Source of the DNA: an uncultured virus (IMG/VR IMGVR_UViG_3300046517_001279)
Lineage: Duplodnaviria; Heunggongvirae; Uroviricota; Caudoviricetes
Length of the DNA: 64,000 bases
IMG/VR virus record: IMGVR_UViG_3300046517_001279
Reading direction: 5' to 3' (one strand)
Notes under the pieces: model-generated
Databases searched by the model: none
Told to the model about the DNA's origin: nothing
Seen by the model: the letters and a program-made list of their open reading frames with translations, nothing else
In this document: positions 54,622 to 63,978 of the stretch, piece after piece
Layout: every line of letters starts with the position of its first letter
Position numbering within the stretch: the stretch's first letter is position 1
Translations under genes and position numbers: made by a program

Positions 54622-54972
54622 TTAGTCCGGGTCAAATACCTGCTGGAATGTGACGGAGATGGTGGTCTGCCCCGCGTCGCTCTCGGTCCTGCTGATCTTG
54701 CCGGTCGTCTTGACCTTGATCGACATGCCCCGGCGCGGCGGCGTCCACCAGAAGCGCAGATAGCCGCCCTGGTTCATCAGGAAGTTGTAAATGTCATCCG
54801 CCTCATCCGGCTGCCGGTTGAACTTCAGAGTCCACGCCTGCGGCATCGAATTGATACCGAGCGGCGTGTCCTGCGAGTAGCCGTCGCCGAACTGCGCAGT
54901 GAGCACGGTCGGTGTGACGTCTACCTGCGCGCCGTAGTCCGGCTGCCAGGGGAAAAATGCAAGGTCGCTCAT
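54622..54972 (-). CDS. minor tail protein (lambda M-like)
   Basis: AQFGDGYSQ...GIN...FWWTPP...FQQVF. Confidence 0.9.
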   Translation of the reverse strand: MSDLAFFPWQPDYGAQVDVTPTVLTAQFGDGYSQDTPLGINSMPQAWTLKFNRQPDEADDIYNFLMNQGGYLRFWWTPPRRGMSIKVKTTGKISRTESDAGQTTISVTFQQVFDPD

Positions 54973-57900
54973 CGCGTCGCTGCCGTCCTGATGATGTTAT
55001 TGATCTGGCCGCCCGGCAGCGAGTGCTTGCGCACGATCTCGATCACGGACGCCTGCAATTCTTTCTGCATCGCGGCCGATCGCGTTTGAGCTTGCGCCGA
55101 CGTGTCCTGCTGCCCGTTGCTCGCCGTGCTGTTGATATGAAACGCGATGCTCGTGCCCGCCGCGCCTTGGCCTCCGCCTGTGTTCACGAAGCCGCCGTCA
55201 GCGAAGTGCGTCTTGCCCGCGTAACTTCTGGCGCCGCCGTTCAGCGCCTCAAGGATAGGGCGGTGCTGCGCGGTCGCAGCGGCGTTCACCACGAACTCGC
55301 CGTTCGACAGGCGCGCGGGGATACTGTCGCTCGTGCTCGAACCCGGGCCGGTAACGTGGCCGCCGTCTGCGAAGCCTGTTGCAAGTGCGGCGAACTGCGA
55401 GCCCAAGCCCAGACCCGCTGAGTCAGCGATGCCGGTCCCCGCTGAAGTCACCATCGCGTCCAGCCCCGCGCTGCCGCCTGCAGTGAGGCCCATCCCGAGG
55501 CCAGCGGACATCGACGTTCCGCCCATGCCGAACATCTGCAGGAGCGCCCCGAGAGGCCCTGCGGAGACGGAGCCCCCTGGGGCCATGCCGCTTTGGATCA
55601 GGCCGAAGACCTTCGACTCCGCAGCCTGGATCTCCATCTTCGCGAGCGCCTGCACGAAGCTCGCCGCGAGCGCCTGAAAGTTGACCTGACCGGTCATAGC
55701 GAACTTCAGCAGGTCGTCCGTCAGGCCGTTCAGGAAACCTGTGGTGGCCGCAGCGACCTGACCTGTCGTGTTCTGCGCTTGTGAACTCCAGCTGCTCCAT
55801 GCCTTTTCTGCGCCGGTCGACCAGCTATCGTCGGCCTGCTGCATCTTCTGCGTCGCAGCTTCGTGCATCGCCACGGACGTCGCTTCTGCACTCTGTTGCG
55901 CCTGGTCCATCGCGGCGTACTGGTTGCTGTCGATCTTCCCGGAGTAGAGTTGCTGCTGGAGGCTTGTCGCGGCGATATTCTCCTTACCTTGCGCTTGCGC
56001 AGCGAACCCTGCGTGCTTGCCGCCCGCAATCTGTGCGTTGTCCGCTTCCGCCTGCTTGTTTAGCTGGTCCTGGAGCGTCGCGACGTACCGCTGTACCGCA
56101 GCGGTCTTGGCTTCGGTGCCTTGGAGTTCTTTCGCGTCGATCTCAGTCTGCGTGGCTGCGTAGTGTGAGATGGCGACGTTGGCGTCTGACTGCAGCGAGT
56201 TAATCACCGTCTGGTCTTTCACCTTCTGCGCCGCGCTGGTAGACGACGATGCGATATCCGCCCGCAGCATGGCCTCCAACCTGGCGTAGTAGGAGAGCTT
56301 ATTCACCAGGTCCTGGTCACTCAGTTGCCGTTCCTGATCGTAATAATCCTTGTCAGAAACGAGCTTTGCCTTGCGATTGTTGTCGAGGATTTGCTGGTTG
56401 TCGGACTCCAGTTTTTGCTGCTGGGTGAACTGGTCCTTTTGCCCTTGCAGCAACTGTTGGGAGTCTGCGTTGTCGAGCGCTCCTGCGCCCCGCGTCGAGG
56501 GCGTGCGGGGTGTCAGGCGCTTCGTGATCGCAGTCGTCAGGTCTGCGCCTTGCCCATCTGCTGCCTGACCGCCTGCCTCCTGAACAGCCCTCAGCGCTGC
56601 CGCCTGCTTGTCCAGCACGTCAGTCAGTTCGCTGCGCTTGCTGTACTCATTCTGCAACTGGTCGAGCACTCGCTGGCCCGCGATGCCGGCTTGTTGCGTC
56701 TGCTGATACGACCCTTGCAGGTCATGCGCGCGCCGGCTCGCGCCTTGCTCGTTCTGCAGGCGGTATTGCTCGCTCTGTAGCGAGGCCACGTTGCCGCCCG
56801 GCGCCTGCGTGGTCTCCGTAGTGCCGAGTGCCTGGTCGAAGTTGCTCGTACCGGCCCTCGCAGCGGCGAGCGACTTGGAGACCTGATCGAGTTGGTCCTG
56901 GATTGTCTGCGGCTTGCCGATACCAAGCATCGCGTTCCACGCGCCGCTCGCGACGTCTCCAATATCCTTCCACGCGGTCTGCAGCGTGCCCAGGTTGCCT
57001 TCGATCTCTTTGGCGCGGTCGCCCAGGGCGCTCGCGTAGGCAGCCTCTGCCGCGTCGGCCGCGCCCACTGCGTCGCCTTGCTTCTGCAACGCATCTATCT
57101 GCTCGAAGACGGCCGTCGTCAGGTAGTGGTACTGCTCGTTCAGCGCGGCAGACGCCTTGACCGGGTCTTCCTGCAGCTTCACGAACTGGGCAATCGTCTT
57201 GTCGACGGCGATGCCTGTGGCATCGGCCATCTGGGTAGCAGCGGTGCCGATCATCATGATCTGGTCGCTCGTGAAGCGCCCCGAGTTCGCCAGATCCGTG
57301 ATCGCCTTAGCCGCCACACCTGCGCGCTCGCCCCCGGCTGAGATCTGATTGACCATCTGCTGCAGCCCCGCCGCGCTCGTGCCGGCCGAGTCGCCCGTCA
57401 GGATCAGCGACTCGTTAAACGCCTTCCACTGTGCTTCGCCCTTGCCCACAGCGAGCGTCATCACGCCTAGGGCCGCCACCACCCCCAGGACCGCAATACC
57501 GACCGGGCTAAAGACCGCGTCGAGCGCGCCGCTGATATTCAGGAGTCGCACGAACGAGCCCGCCAGCCGGTCGACGTCGCCACGATTGATCTCATTGCCC
57601 ATCGTAACGATTTCGCGCGTTACGCCCGAAGTCGCAAACGAAGCGCCAACTGCGGCCGCGCCTTCCTCGACGTAGGCCGCCGCCATTCTCGTGCCTTGTG
57701 CGATCTGCGCCGTGCGCAACTCGATTTCCTTGGCGAGCATCACTTGGTAGGCAACCTCGCCCTCTGTTGCGCCCGCGAGGCGCGCGTCGTACTCGGCCAG
57801 TTGCGCGCCGGTCGCGGTGATCGCAAACGCCTTGCGCTCCAGCGACGCTGTCGTGCGCGCGACGGCGGCGTTGTAGACGTCGTCAGCCTCAGCGGCGCGC

Positions 57901-58718
57901 GTGACAGCGGCCGCCGACTCAGTGGCGGCGGCGGTCGTCGCGGCGAGCGTCGCATTGAATGATTGGCCGGCGCGCTCGGCTTCGGTCGCGGCTGCCGCAA
58001 CCGCGTCGACGCTCTCCGCGTACTTCGCTGCGATCGCAGCGGTCTCGCTCTGCGCAGCAGTCCATTCCAGCGCGGTAGCTGCTATGGCCTGAAAACGTAG
58101 GGTGGCCGCGTCCGCGCTCTCCGCAGCGGCAGTCGTGGCCGTCGTACTAGCAGCCAGCGCAGCGGTCTGCGTCTCAATCGCAGCGATGAGCGGCGCCGCC
58201 TGCTCGGTCACGCCGAGTTGCGCCGCCTTGTATTCGAGCAGTTCGGTTTTCGACAGGCCGATCGTTTCGGACTGCGTAACGAGACTCGCGATAAAACGCT
58301 CGCCGGCTGCCACGTTAGCCGCCTGTGCAGCAGCGAGCGCATTGGCCTCGGCCGCCTGCGCCTGCATCGATTGCAGCGTGAGCGTTTGCGCCTTGTACCA
58401 CTCCAGTTCGGTCTCAGCCATGCCGGCCAGCACACCGTTGTAGTGCGCGACGGCATCGGCCGACGCGCCGAATAGCGCGATCTGCTTTTCAACGGTGGCG
58501 AGGAGGCGGTCGGCAGCGGTGGCCGAAGCGGTCGATGCAGCGGCAGCAGCATCCGACGCACTCGTCTGCGCCGCTGCCGCTTGGGTCGAGGACGCAGCCA
58601 GCTTCGCGTTGGCGTCGGCGGCACGGTTAGCACCCCCAACGAATGCGTCGAGATCGGCGGTGGCTTTGATGGCCGCCGTCGAGTCGATTGAGAGGCCCAG
58701 CGCGGCGATATCGGCCAT
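54969..58718 (-). CDS. tail tape measure protein
   Basis: 1249 aa Ala-rich helical ORF; DPVKAS..LNEQYHYLT; GPGSSTSDSIPARLSNGEFV. Confidence 0.92.
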   Translation of the reverse strand: MADIAALGLSIDSTAAIKATADLDAFVGGANRAADANAKLAASSTQAAAAQTSASDAAAAASTASATAADRLLATVEKQIALFGASADAVAHYNGVLAGMAETELEWYKAQTLTLQSMQAQAAEANALAAAQAANVAAGERFIASLVTQSETIGLSKTELLEYKAAQLGVTEQAAPLIAAIETQTAALAASTTATTAAAESADAATLRFQAIAATALEWTAAQSETAAIAAKYAESVDAVAAAATEAERAGQSFNATLAATTAAATESAAAVTRAAEADDVYNAAVARTTASLERKAFAITATGAQLAEYDARLAGATEGEVAYQVMLAKEIELRTAQIAQGTRMAAAYVEEGAAAVGASFATSGVTREIVTMGNEINRGDVDRLAGSFVRLLNISGALDAVFSPVGIAVLGVVAALGVMTLAVGKGEAQWKAFNESLILTGDSAGTSAAGLQQMVNQISAGGERAGVAAKAITDLANSGRFTSDQIMMIGTAATQMADATGIAVDKTIAQFVKLQEDPVKASAALNEQYHYLTTAVFEQIDALQKQGDAVGAADAAEAAYASALGDRAKEIEGNLGTLQTAWKDIGDVASGAWNAMLGIGKPQTIQDQLDQVSKSLAAARAGTSNFDQALGTTETTQAPGGNVASLQSEQYRLQNEQGASRRAHDLQGSYQQTQQAGIAGQRVLDQLQNEYSKRSELTDVLDKQAAALRAVQEAGGQAADGQGADLTTAITKRLTPRTPSTRGAGALDNADSQQLLQGQKDQFTQQQKLESDNQQILDNNRKAKLVSDKDYYDQERQLSDQDLVNKLSYYARLEAMLRADIASSSTSAAQKVKDQTVINSLQSDANVAISHYAATQTEIDAKELQGTEAKTAAVQRYVATLQDQLNKQAEADNAQIAGGKHAGFAAQAQGKENIAATSLQQQLYSGKIDSNQYAAMDQAQQSAEATSVAMHEAATQKMQQADDSWSTGAEKAWSSWSSQAQNTTGQVAAATTGFLNGLTDDLLKFAMTGQVNFQALAASFVQALAKMEIQAAESKVFGLIQSGMAPGGSVSAGPLGALLQMFGMGGTSMSAGLGMGLTAGGSAGLDAMVTSAGTGIADSAGLGLGSQFAALATGFADGGHVTGPGSSTSDSIPARLSNGEFVVNAAATAQHRPILEALNGGARSYAGKTHFADGGFVNTGGGQGAAGTSIAFHINSTASNGQQDTSAQAQTRSAAMQKELQASVIEIVRKHSLPGGQINNIIRTAATR

Positions 58719-58720
58719 TG

Positions 58721-59089
58721 TTATTCCGGCTTTTTCTCGTTAGATACGCGGATTCTAACTGAATCGATCCGTTTTATCGCCTCAACTTCCCACGGCGCGA
58801 GCGTCACGCGCATCAGCGTCGCCCACGCCTGGATCTCGGAATAGCTCAGCGGATTCAGGCCGAACCCGTTGCTCCCGCGCGCGCCGTCAAGCTCAAGGAA
58901 CCAGCCCCAAAGGTACCCCACCTCAGCAGGCATCTCCGGGATCTCGGCCAGTTGTTTGGGTTTTCGTCCCGTCTGGCGTTCGATCGACTCAAGATGGCTA
59001 CGCAGCGAGGTACCGTCTTTCTGGGCGACTGCGAGGCGGAACTCTGCTTCGCAGTGCTTGACGGCGTCCTCGATCAGCGTTTCAAAAAA
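58721..59089 (-). CDS. tail assembly chaperone GT extension (-1 frameshift product)
   Basis: The -1 frame is open from the slippery TTTTTTG through ...EIPEMPAEVGYLWGWFLEL... to the stop at 58721. Confidence 0.8.
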   Translation of the reverse strand, partial: FFETLIEDAVKHCEAEFRLAVAQKDGTSLRSHLESIERQTGRKPKQLAEIPEMPAEVGYLWGWFLELDGARGSNGFGLNPLSYSEIQAWATLMRVTLAPWEVEAIKRIDSVRIRVSNEKKPE

Positions 59090-59553
59090 TTGGCACCATT
59101 CTCGATGGCGGACAGCACCTTGTCGCGCACGACGGCGTTCTTCGTGTAGAGCATCTTGGCGTTCGCAGCGCTGTACGCGAACTCGTCGCCGCCGTTGGTC
59201 AGGCCGAACCAGCCGACCGTCGCTGCGACGGCCAGCGCGACGCTGGTCATGTCGCGCTGATCGATGAACTCCTCGGAGTCGGAGTCCTTCTTGAGATCGA
59301 GCGGGCGTCCGCGCACGGCGGACTTCTTCAGCGCGACGCGCGTGATCGCGCGGTCAGCATCCTTGTACTGCTGCGAATTCTTGCCGACGACCGTGATCGC
59401 AGCGGTGGTGTTGCCGTCTGCATCGAAGTCGAACGGGATGTCGTAGGTGACGTCGTTGTCGTCCGACAGACCGATGTCAAAGCCGACTGCCTTGGGTTTC
59501 GTTTGCACTACTGACGTTTCGCCCGTTTGGCCGTCGTCCAGAGTATCTTCCAT
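59074..59553 (-). CDS. tail assembly chaperone G
   Basis: Between tube and tape measure genes; ends GANFLKR over the slippery site. Confidence 0.85.
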   Translation of the reverse strand: MEDTLDDGQTGETSVVQTKPKAVGFDIGLSDDNDVTYDIPFDFDADGNTTAAITVVGKNSQQYKDADRAITRVALKKSAVRGRPLDLKKDSDSEEFIDQRDMTSVALAVAATVGWFGLTNGGDEFAYSAANAKMLYTKNAVVRDKVLSAIENGANFLKR

Positions 59554-59580
59554 CAGGTTCCCCGTGGGTTGTATGGTTGT

Positions 59581-59619
59581 GAAGCCCCCATTATAGAGGG
59601 CTTCCGCGCTTTATATCAA
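59581..59619 (-). promoter_or_regulatory. sigma70-like promoter with the -10 inside an inverted repeat
   Basis: TTGATA-18 bp-TATAAT; GAAGCCC/GGGCTTC flanks the -10. Confidence 0.5.
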
Positions 59620-60863
59620 CCCAAAGCGACCGGCGAGCCGCCCGTCGCGATCGTGGAGTCCTGGATGGACATCGTCGTCACGAGCGAGCCCGCGACCGGC
59701 GCGATGTTGTTCAGGAGTGCCACGAACGGCACGGTCTGGACGATACCCACCTGGCCGTCGTTCTTCGTCGCGCCGTTCAGCTTGCAGCGCGGGAAGGTGT
59801 AGACCTGGAATGCGGCGTTCGGCGTGTTGTCGGCCGTGAGCGCCACGATGATCGACACTTCCTCTTCGTTGAAGAACGCAGACTGGAAAGTCTCGTCTTC
59901 GAAATAGGCCGACATCGTGCCCGACACGTCCATCGATCCCGGGAAGATGTCCGGCGCGACGTTGGAGCCGACCACGTCACCGCTGGTCATGTTGCCGTTG
60001 ACCGTGAAGTCGATCGACGTCACCACAGCGATCTGCTGGCCGCCCATGTACATCGCGCCGTTCACCGCAGCGAGGATTTGACCTGTCGACGCGGCTGCCG
60101 GGTTCGTGAAGTACTGTGCGGTGGCTTCCGTGGCGTTGATGCCGAGGATCGGGAAGTCGACGGTCGCGAGGCCGGTCGACGGCAGCTTGACCGCCATCTG
60201 GCTCACGCGGCAGCCGACGAACAGTTCGCTCTGACCGATGTCCGAGTAGAAGTGCTCGATAGTGTACGAGTCGCGCGTGTGGCCGGTGAGCGGCATCCAC
60301 GTCTTCGAGCCCATCACCGCGCAGCTGACTGCCGTGCTGGCCGAGTCAGCCACCAGGAGTGTGCCGTCGAGGAAGACGCCGTTCAACGCCAGCGCGGTGA
60401 TGCCGGTGATGAAGAAATTGTTGGCGTTATTCGCCGTGCCGACCGTGAAGCCTTCGAACTGCGCCACGTCGCCGAGCATGTAGCCGTCCGTCAGGAACGA
60501 GCCGGCTGCACGGGTGATCTGCTGGGTCAGCGCGGTGCCCGCCACTGCGTCGAGCGCGGTCGCAGCCGTCGAGCCCGCCTTCTGCCACGCCTGGCGTGTA
60601 ACGGACGCCATGAACTGCTGCCACGTGCCCACCGACAGTTCGTCGGAGATCGTGCCCGTGACCGAGCGCGTACCGTGGCGGAAGTCGGAGAACTGGTAGT
60701 CCGGACGGATTTCAGTCGACTTGTACGTCTTCTTCGACAGATCGACGTTGCTCGACGTGCGGCGCATCAACTGGCCCGAGGACGCCAGCGCGGGGACCGC
60801 GAAGGTCGTTTCCTTCGCGATGGTAAGTAGTTTTGATACGCCAACAGCGATCAAGCCGGACAT
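59616..60863 (-). CDS. major tail tube protein
   Basis: KETTF...STEIRPD...FRHG...VSGTMSAYFED...YTFPRCKL; position upstream of the chaperones. Confidence 0.85.
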   Translation of the reverse strand: MSGLIAVGVSKLLTIAKETTFAVPALASSGQLMRRTSSNVDLSKKTYKSTEIRPDYQFSDFRHGTRSVTGTISDELSVGTWQQFMASVTRQAWQKAGSTAATALDAVAGTALTQQITRAAGSFLTDGYMLGDVAQFEGFTVGTANNANNFFITGITALALNGVFLDGTLLVADSASTAVSCAVMGSKTWMPLTGHTRDSYTIEHFYSDIGQSELFVGCRVSQMAVKLPSTGLATVDFPILGINATEATAQYFTNPAAASTGQILAAVNGAMYMGGQQIAVVTSIDFTVNGNMTSGDVVGSNVAPDIFPGSMDVSGTMSAYFEDETFQSAFFNEEEVSIIVALTADNTPNAAFQVYTFPRCKLNGATKNDGQVGIVQTVPFVALLNNIAPVAGSLVTTMSIQDSTIATGGSPVALG

Positions 60864-60923
60864 GTAGTTCCCCTATGGAAATTGACGCCCTGTCGGCGTT
60901 CTCGCGCGCATTATAGCGGATTC

Positions 60924-61343
60924 CTAACCGAATACGTCTTCGCGATAGCGAATGCGCACCGGAATAAAGAAAAACCCGTTCTGATCGTTCAAGCCTTTCG
61001 CGCGCGTCGGCGTGTAATCGACGTGGATCGTCACGCCGTTCTGCGTCAGGCCCACCCCGCGCGGGAACAGTGCGATGAGCGCATCGGCGATCGCCTCAGC
61101 CGGGCCGGGGCCATCGTTTTGAATTCCATACACGTTGATCTGATAGATGCCTACCAGGCGGTCGGACGCGACCCCGAGCCACGGGTTCTGCGTCGGCGCC
61201 GGCAGCATGGCGCACTGCAGAAACGCGGTGCTGGGGGATGGCGTATAGCCCGAGTTTTCCCAAGCGACGGGCAGCGCAGGCGTCTGAGCCGCAGCGAACA
61301 CCGCGATGCGTGTCTCGAAAGCTTCCCGGATGTCTGCGTTCAT
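60924..61343 (-). CDS. tail terminator-like protein
   Basis: PVAWEN...GIYQINVY..A..IAD.L..LFP.G...IPVRIRYR. Confidence 0.75.
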   Translation of the reverse strand: MNADIREAFETRIAVFAAAQTPALPVAWENSGYTPSPSTAFLQCAMLPAPTQNPWLGVASDRLVGIYQINVYGIQNDGPGPAEAIADALIALFPRGVGLTQNGVTIHVDYTPTRAKGLNDQNGFFFIPVRIRYREDVFG

Positions 61344-61804
61344 ATTTTCAGTTTCTCGATGGCCGGCTTGACGAACTCTTCTTCCCACCCGATGGCCGTG
61401 ACGCCAATGACGCCGGCCGGCGCCTGGGTCGAGAAGCCGTTGACCGTCTTTCCTGTGGGGCGCTTGGGCGGGTTGGGGTACAGGCCATACTCGATCGTGG
61501 GCATGTACGGCATGGCATTGTTCACGTACGTGATGCCACCGACCGGCGACTCCAGGATCTGCGCAGCGAGTTCCGCGACCGTGTCGGCGCCGCCCGCTGA
61601 CTCGTCCTTTGCGGTCTCGTCTATGCTGTACGGCCGCGTGCCGGCGCCGAAATTCCAGTTGGCGCGCAGTGGCGTGATATCGACCGGCGTGCGCTCGACC
61701 AGCGCGGCCGTGATCCCGATGGTCGCGTCGTGCACGACTGCGGTGACGTTGCCGAGCGCCTTGTCTCGGAACGCCTTGACCTTGGCTGCGAAGTCGTCGG
61801 CCAT
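61340..61804 (-). CDS. neck/tail completion protein (HK97 gp10-like)
   Basis: RTPVD...LRANW...NAMPY...IEYG...STQAPAG. Confidence 0.75.
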   Translation of the reverse strand: MADDFAAKVKAFRDKALGNVTAVVHDATIGITAALVERTPVDITPLRANWNFGAGTRPYSIDETAKDESAGGADTVAELAAQILESPVGGITYVNNAMPYMPTIEYGLYPNPPKRPTGKTVNGFSTQAPAGVIGVTAIGWEEEFVKPAIEKLKI

Positions 61805-62229
61805 TACGATGTGGTGATACCGCGCACATGCGCCTCGTGCACGATCGGAGTCGCACCAGACGGGTCGGTCGTGGTCGTCGCCTGGACGCTGTAGACGTTC
61901 CCCACCGAGTCGATGATCTGGTCGTCCGTGCTCGGCTGGGGCATCTGCACGGCCGCGCCGTTGAGCGTTGCCTGCATGCTCAGCAGCAGCCGCTTGTCAC
62001 CCTGTTGGATCTCGGTGCCGCGCATCGTCGTCACGGACGGCGAACTCATGGAGAAATCCACGAGCACGCCTTGGCCGACATACGTGGTCGTGGTCGTCGT
62101 GTTCTTGCTGGTCGCCGGGTCGTACGAGGTCGCCCCTTGCTGCACGAGCGTGATCTGCTGCCCGTAGCTCTGCAGCATCGTGACCGTGGTGTTCTGGAGC
62201 CGCGTGTAGATGCTTGAGAGGGCGGTCAT
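61804..62229 (-). CDS. head closure/head-tail joining protein
   Basis: YGQQITL...YDPAT...IQQGDKRLLL...PSTDD.I. Confidence 0.7.
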   Translation of the reverse strand: MTALSSIYTRLQNTTVTMLQSYGQQITLVQQGATSYDPATSKNTTTTTTYVGQGVLVDFSMSSPSVTTMRGTEIQQGDKRLLLSMQATLNGAAVQMPQPSTDDQIIDSVGNVYSVQATTTTDPSGATPIVHEAHVRGITTS

Positions 62230-62636
62230 TTGCGCTTCTGCTTTTTCTTCAGCTTGTCGTAGGCCGCGAACAGGCGCTGGCACATCGCCTGCATGCAGTA
62301 CGCCTTGAATTCCTTGCTGGGATTCTCCTCGCCCAGTTCTTCCATCGCGTAGTCACACAGGTGTGTCGCCTCATGCACGATCATCGCGTGGACCTGTGCG
62401 AGCGTCAGGTCGTCGCGCTCCGTGATGCAGATGATCGCAGCCGGCTCGCCGTCGCCCGAGCAGTCGAACCGGTGCACCGTCGCGCCCGACGTCGGTCGGA
62501 ACAGGTAGGGCGTCCGGTCCTCTGGCTTGATCTTCAGGTGGTCGAGCGCCTTCTGATACTGCTTCTCGGTGATGCAGAGGCAGAAGTTGAACGGGTTCTT
62601 GATCAGGGTGCGCTCGCACCAGATGCCGCCGCTCAT
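62226..62636 (-). CDS. HExxH zinc-metallopeptidase-like protein
   Basis: IVHEATHLC...EFKAY. Confidence 0.65.
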   Translation of the reverse strand: MSGGIWCERTLIKNPFNFCLCITEKQYQKALDHLKIKPEDRTPYLFRPTSGATVHRFDCSGDGEPAAIICITERDDLTLAQVHAMIVHEATHLCDYAMEELGEENPSKEFKAYCMQAMCQRLFAAYDKLKKKQKRK

Positions 62637-62878
62637 TCTGGCGCAACCCCGAGAGCGACAGGCGGCATGCCCCCACCGATCACCGACAGCATGACGAGCG
62701 CGCCGTTCTTCAGCGCCTCGATCTCCTCAGCGGTCGGGCGCCAGAACGAAACGATGGCGTCGACGCCGTCGTACGTGGTCCGCGTGATAGGCAGAGCGTC
62801 GCACGGCAGCGTCGCCTGGTCCCACCCTGCGGGCGCGCCAAGCACTCCGTTATTCGACCGGTGCTGAGTCTTGTTCAT
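62633..62878 (-). CDS. hypothetical phage protein
   Basis: GAPAGWD...CDALP...SFWRPTAEE...PPVAL. Confidence 0.65.
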   Translation of the reverse strand: MNKTQHRSNNGVLGAPAGWDQATLPCDALPITRTTYDGVDAIVSFWRPTAEEIEALKNGALVMLSVIGGGMPPVALGVAPE

Positions 62879-63483
62879 ATGCGATTGATCCGCGTCGTCA
62901 GACCGTTCGTGCCATCCAGATACGGATTGAGCAGCAGATCGATCTGGCGGTAGCGCCGGTACTGCGGCGACATCCGGTCGTAGTTCACCTGGATCGGGCC
63001 GACCTTTTCGACGAGCGTGCGTTGATCCAGATCAGGCCACAGCGTCTGATTGGTCTGTGCGAGCACCGCGGCGCGCTGCGCCAGCTCGATGTTGGCCGTC
63101 ACGACCTCGTTGGGCACCAGGTTGGCCGGGAACGTGTAGCTCAAGCGTTGGTCGACGAAGAATGACGCAGTGTCCTTCAGGATCACGCCGATGCGCGGCC
63201 AGTCCAGAGACTGGCCCGGCAGCCACGCACCCGGCTGCCCGAGGAGGGCCGGATTCGGGATCGCAGCCGGCTGCACCCGCAGCCCGAGCCAGCGCATGCG
63301 GTACACGCCCGTCATGTACTGGCAAGCCTGCTGCAGGTATTGCTCCTGCTGTGACTCGGTCAGCGCGGCCCACCACGCGTAACCCATGTTCGCGCAGTAG
63401 GTGAGGGCGGCAGCGACCGTCGAATATGAATTCGAATTCTGGACGACGGTGCCGTCTTCGACGATCAGCGTGCCGGTTGTCAC
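62875..63483 (-). CDS. head-tail adaptor (DnaT-like domain family)
   Basis: IVEDGT..NSNSYST...QSLDWPR...EKVGPIQVNY...LLNPYL. Confidence 0.75.
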   Translation of the reverse strand: MTTGTLIVEDGTVVQNSNSYSTVAAALTYCANMGYAWWAALTESQQEQYLQQACQYMTGVYRMRWLGLRVQPAAIPNPALLGQPGAWLPGQSLDWPRIGVILKDTASFFVDQRLSYTFPANLVPNEVVTANIELAQRAAVLAQTNQTLWPDLDQRTLVEKVGPIQVNYDRMSPQYRRYRQIDLLLNPYLDGTNGLTTRINRI

Positions 63484-63779
63484 GATGCAGGCGTCTCAGT
63501 ATTCGCAGCGGTTTTGATCGCGGCCAGCGCTGCTTCGTCCGCTGCGATCTTCGCGTTGGCGTCCGCTTCAGCCGCAGCCTGCTGGGCAGCGGTCGCGGCA
63601 TCCGTCGCCTGCTGTTGCGCGGTGTTGGCGATCGACTGCTTCTTCATCGCCTTGCGGCGGGCGGCCTCCGCTGCATCGTCGGCGAGCACCATGCTGTCGG
63701 TGAGGTCGGACAGGTTCACGATCATGAAGCCGCCCGGCGCTGCCGGGTTCAGTACTTTGGCGGTCGGGAGTGCGGGCAT
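63480..63779 (-). CDS. hypothetical structural-region protein
   Basis: AAGG RBS; LPTAKV...GFMIVN.SD. Confidence 0.55.
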   Translation of the reverse strand: MPALPTAKVLNPAAPGGFMIVNLSDLTDSMVLADDAAEAARRKAMKKQSIANTAQQQATDAATAAQQAAAEADANAKIAADEAALAAIKTAANTETPAS

Positions 63780-63780
63780 G

Positions 63781-63978
63781 TCATTTCACCTTCTTGTTGT
63801 GAGCCGCCATCAGCTTCCTGGCTTGCGCCATGTCCGCTGCCTTGTCGGCCGGGGAGTTGTCGTAGAGATCGTACGCCTGCTGCAGCGTGATCTTGCCAGC
63901 GGGCGGCGTCTTGTTGGTCATCGACGGTGTCGACTTGGTGCTCTTGACTGCGGGTTTTGCTGCGGGTTTCATAGCCAC
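63781..63978 (-). CDS. Lys-rich hypothetical protein
   Basis: GGAG RBS; in the operon orientation. Confidence 0.5.
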   Translation of the reverse strand: MAMKPAAKPAVKSTKSTPSMTNKTPPAGKITLQQAYDLYDNSPADKAADMAQARKLMAAHNKKVK

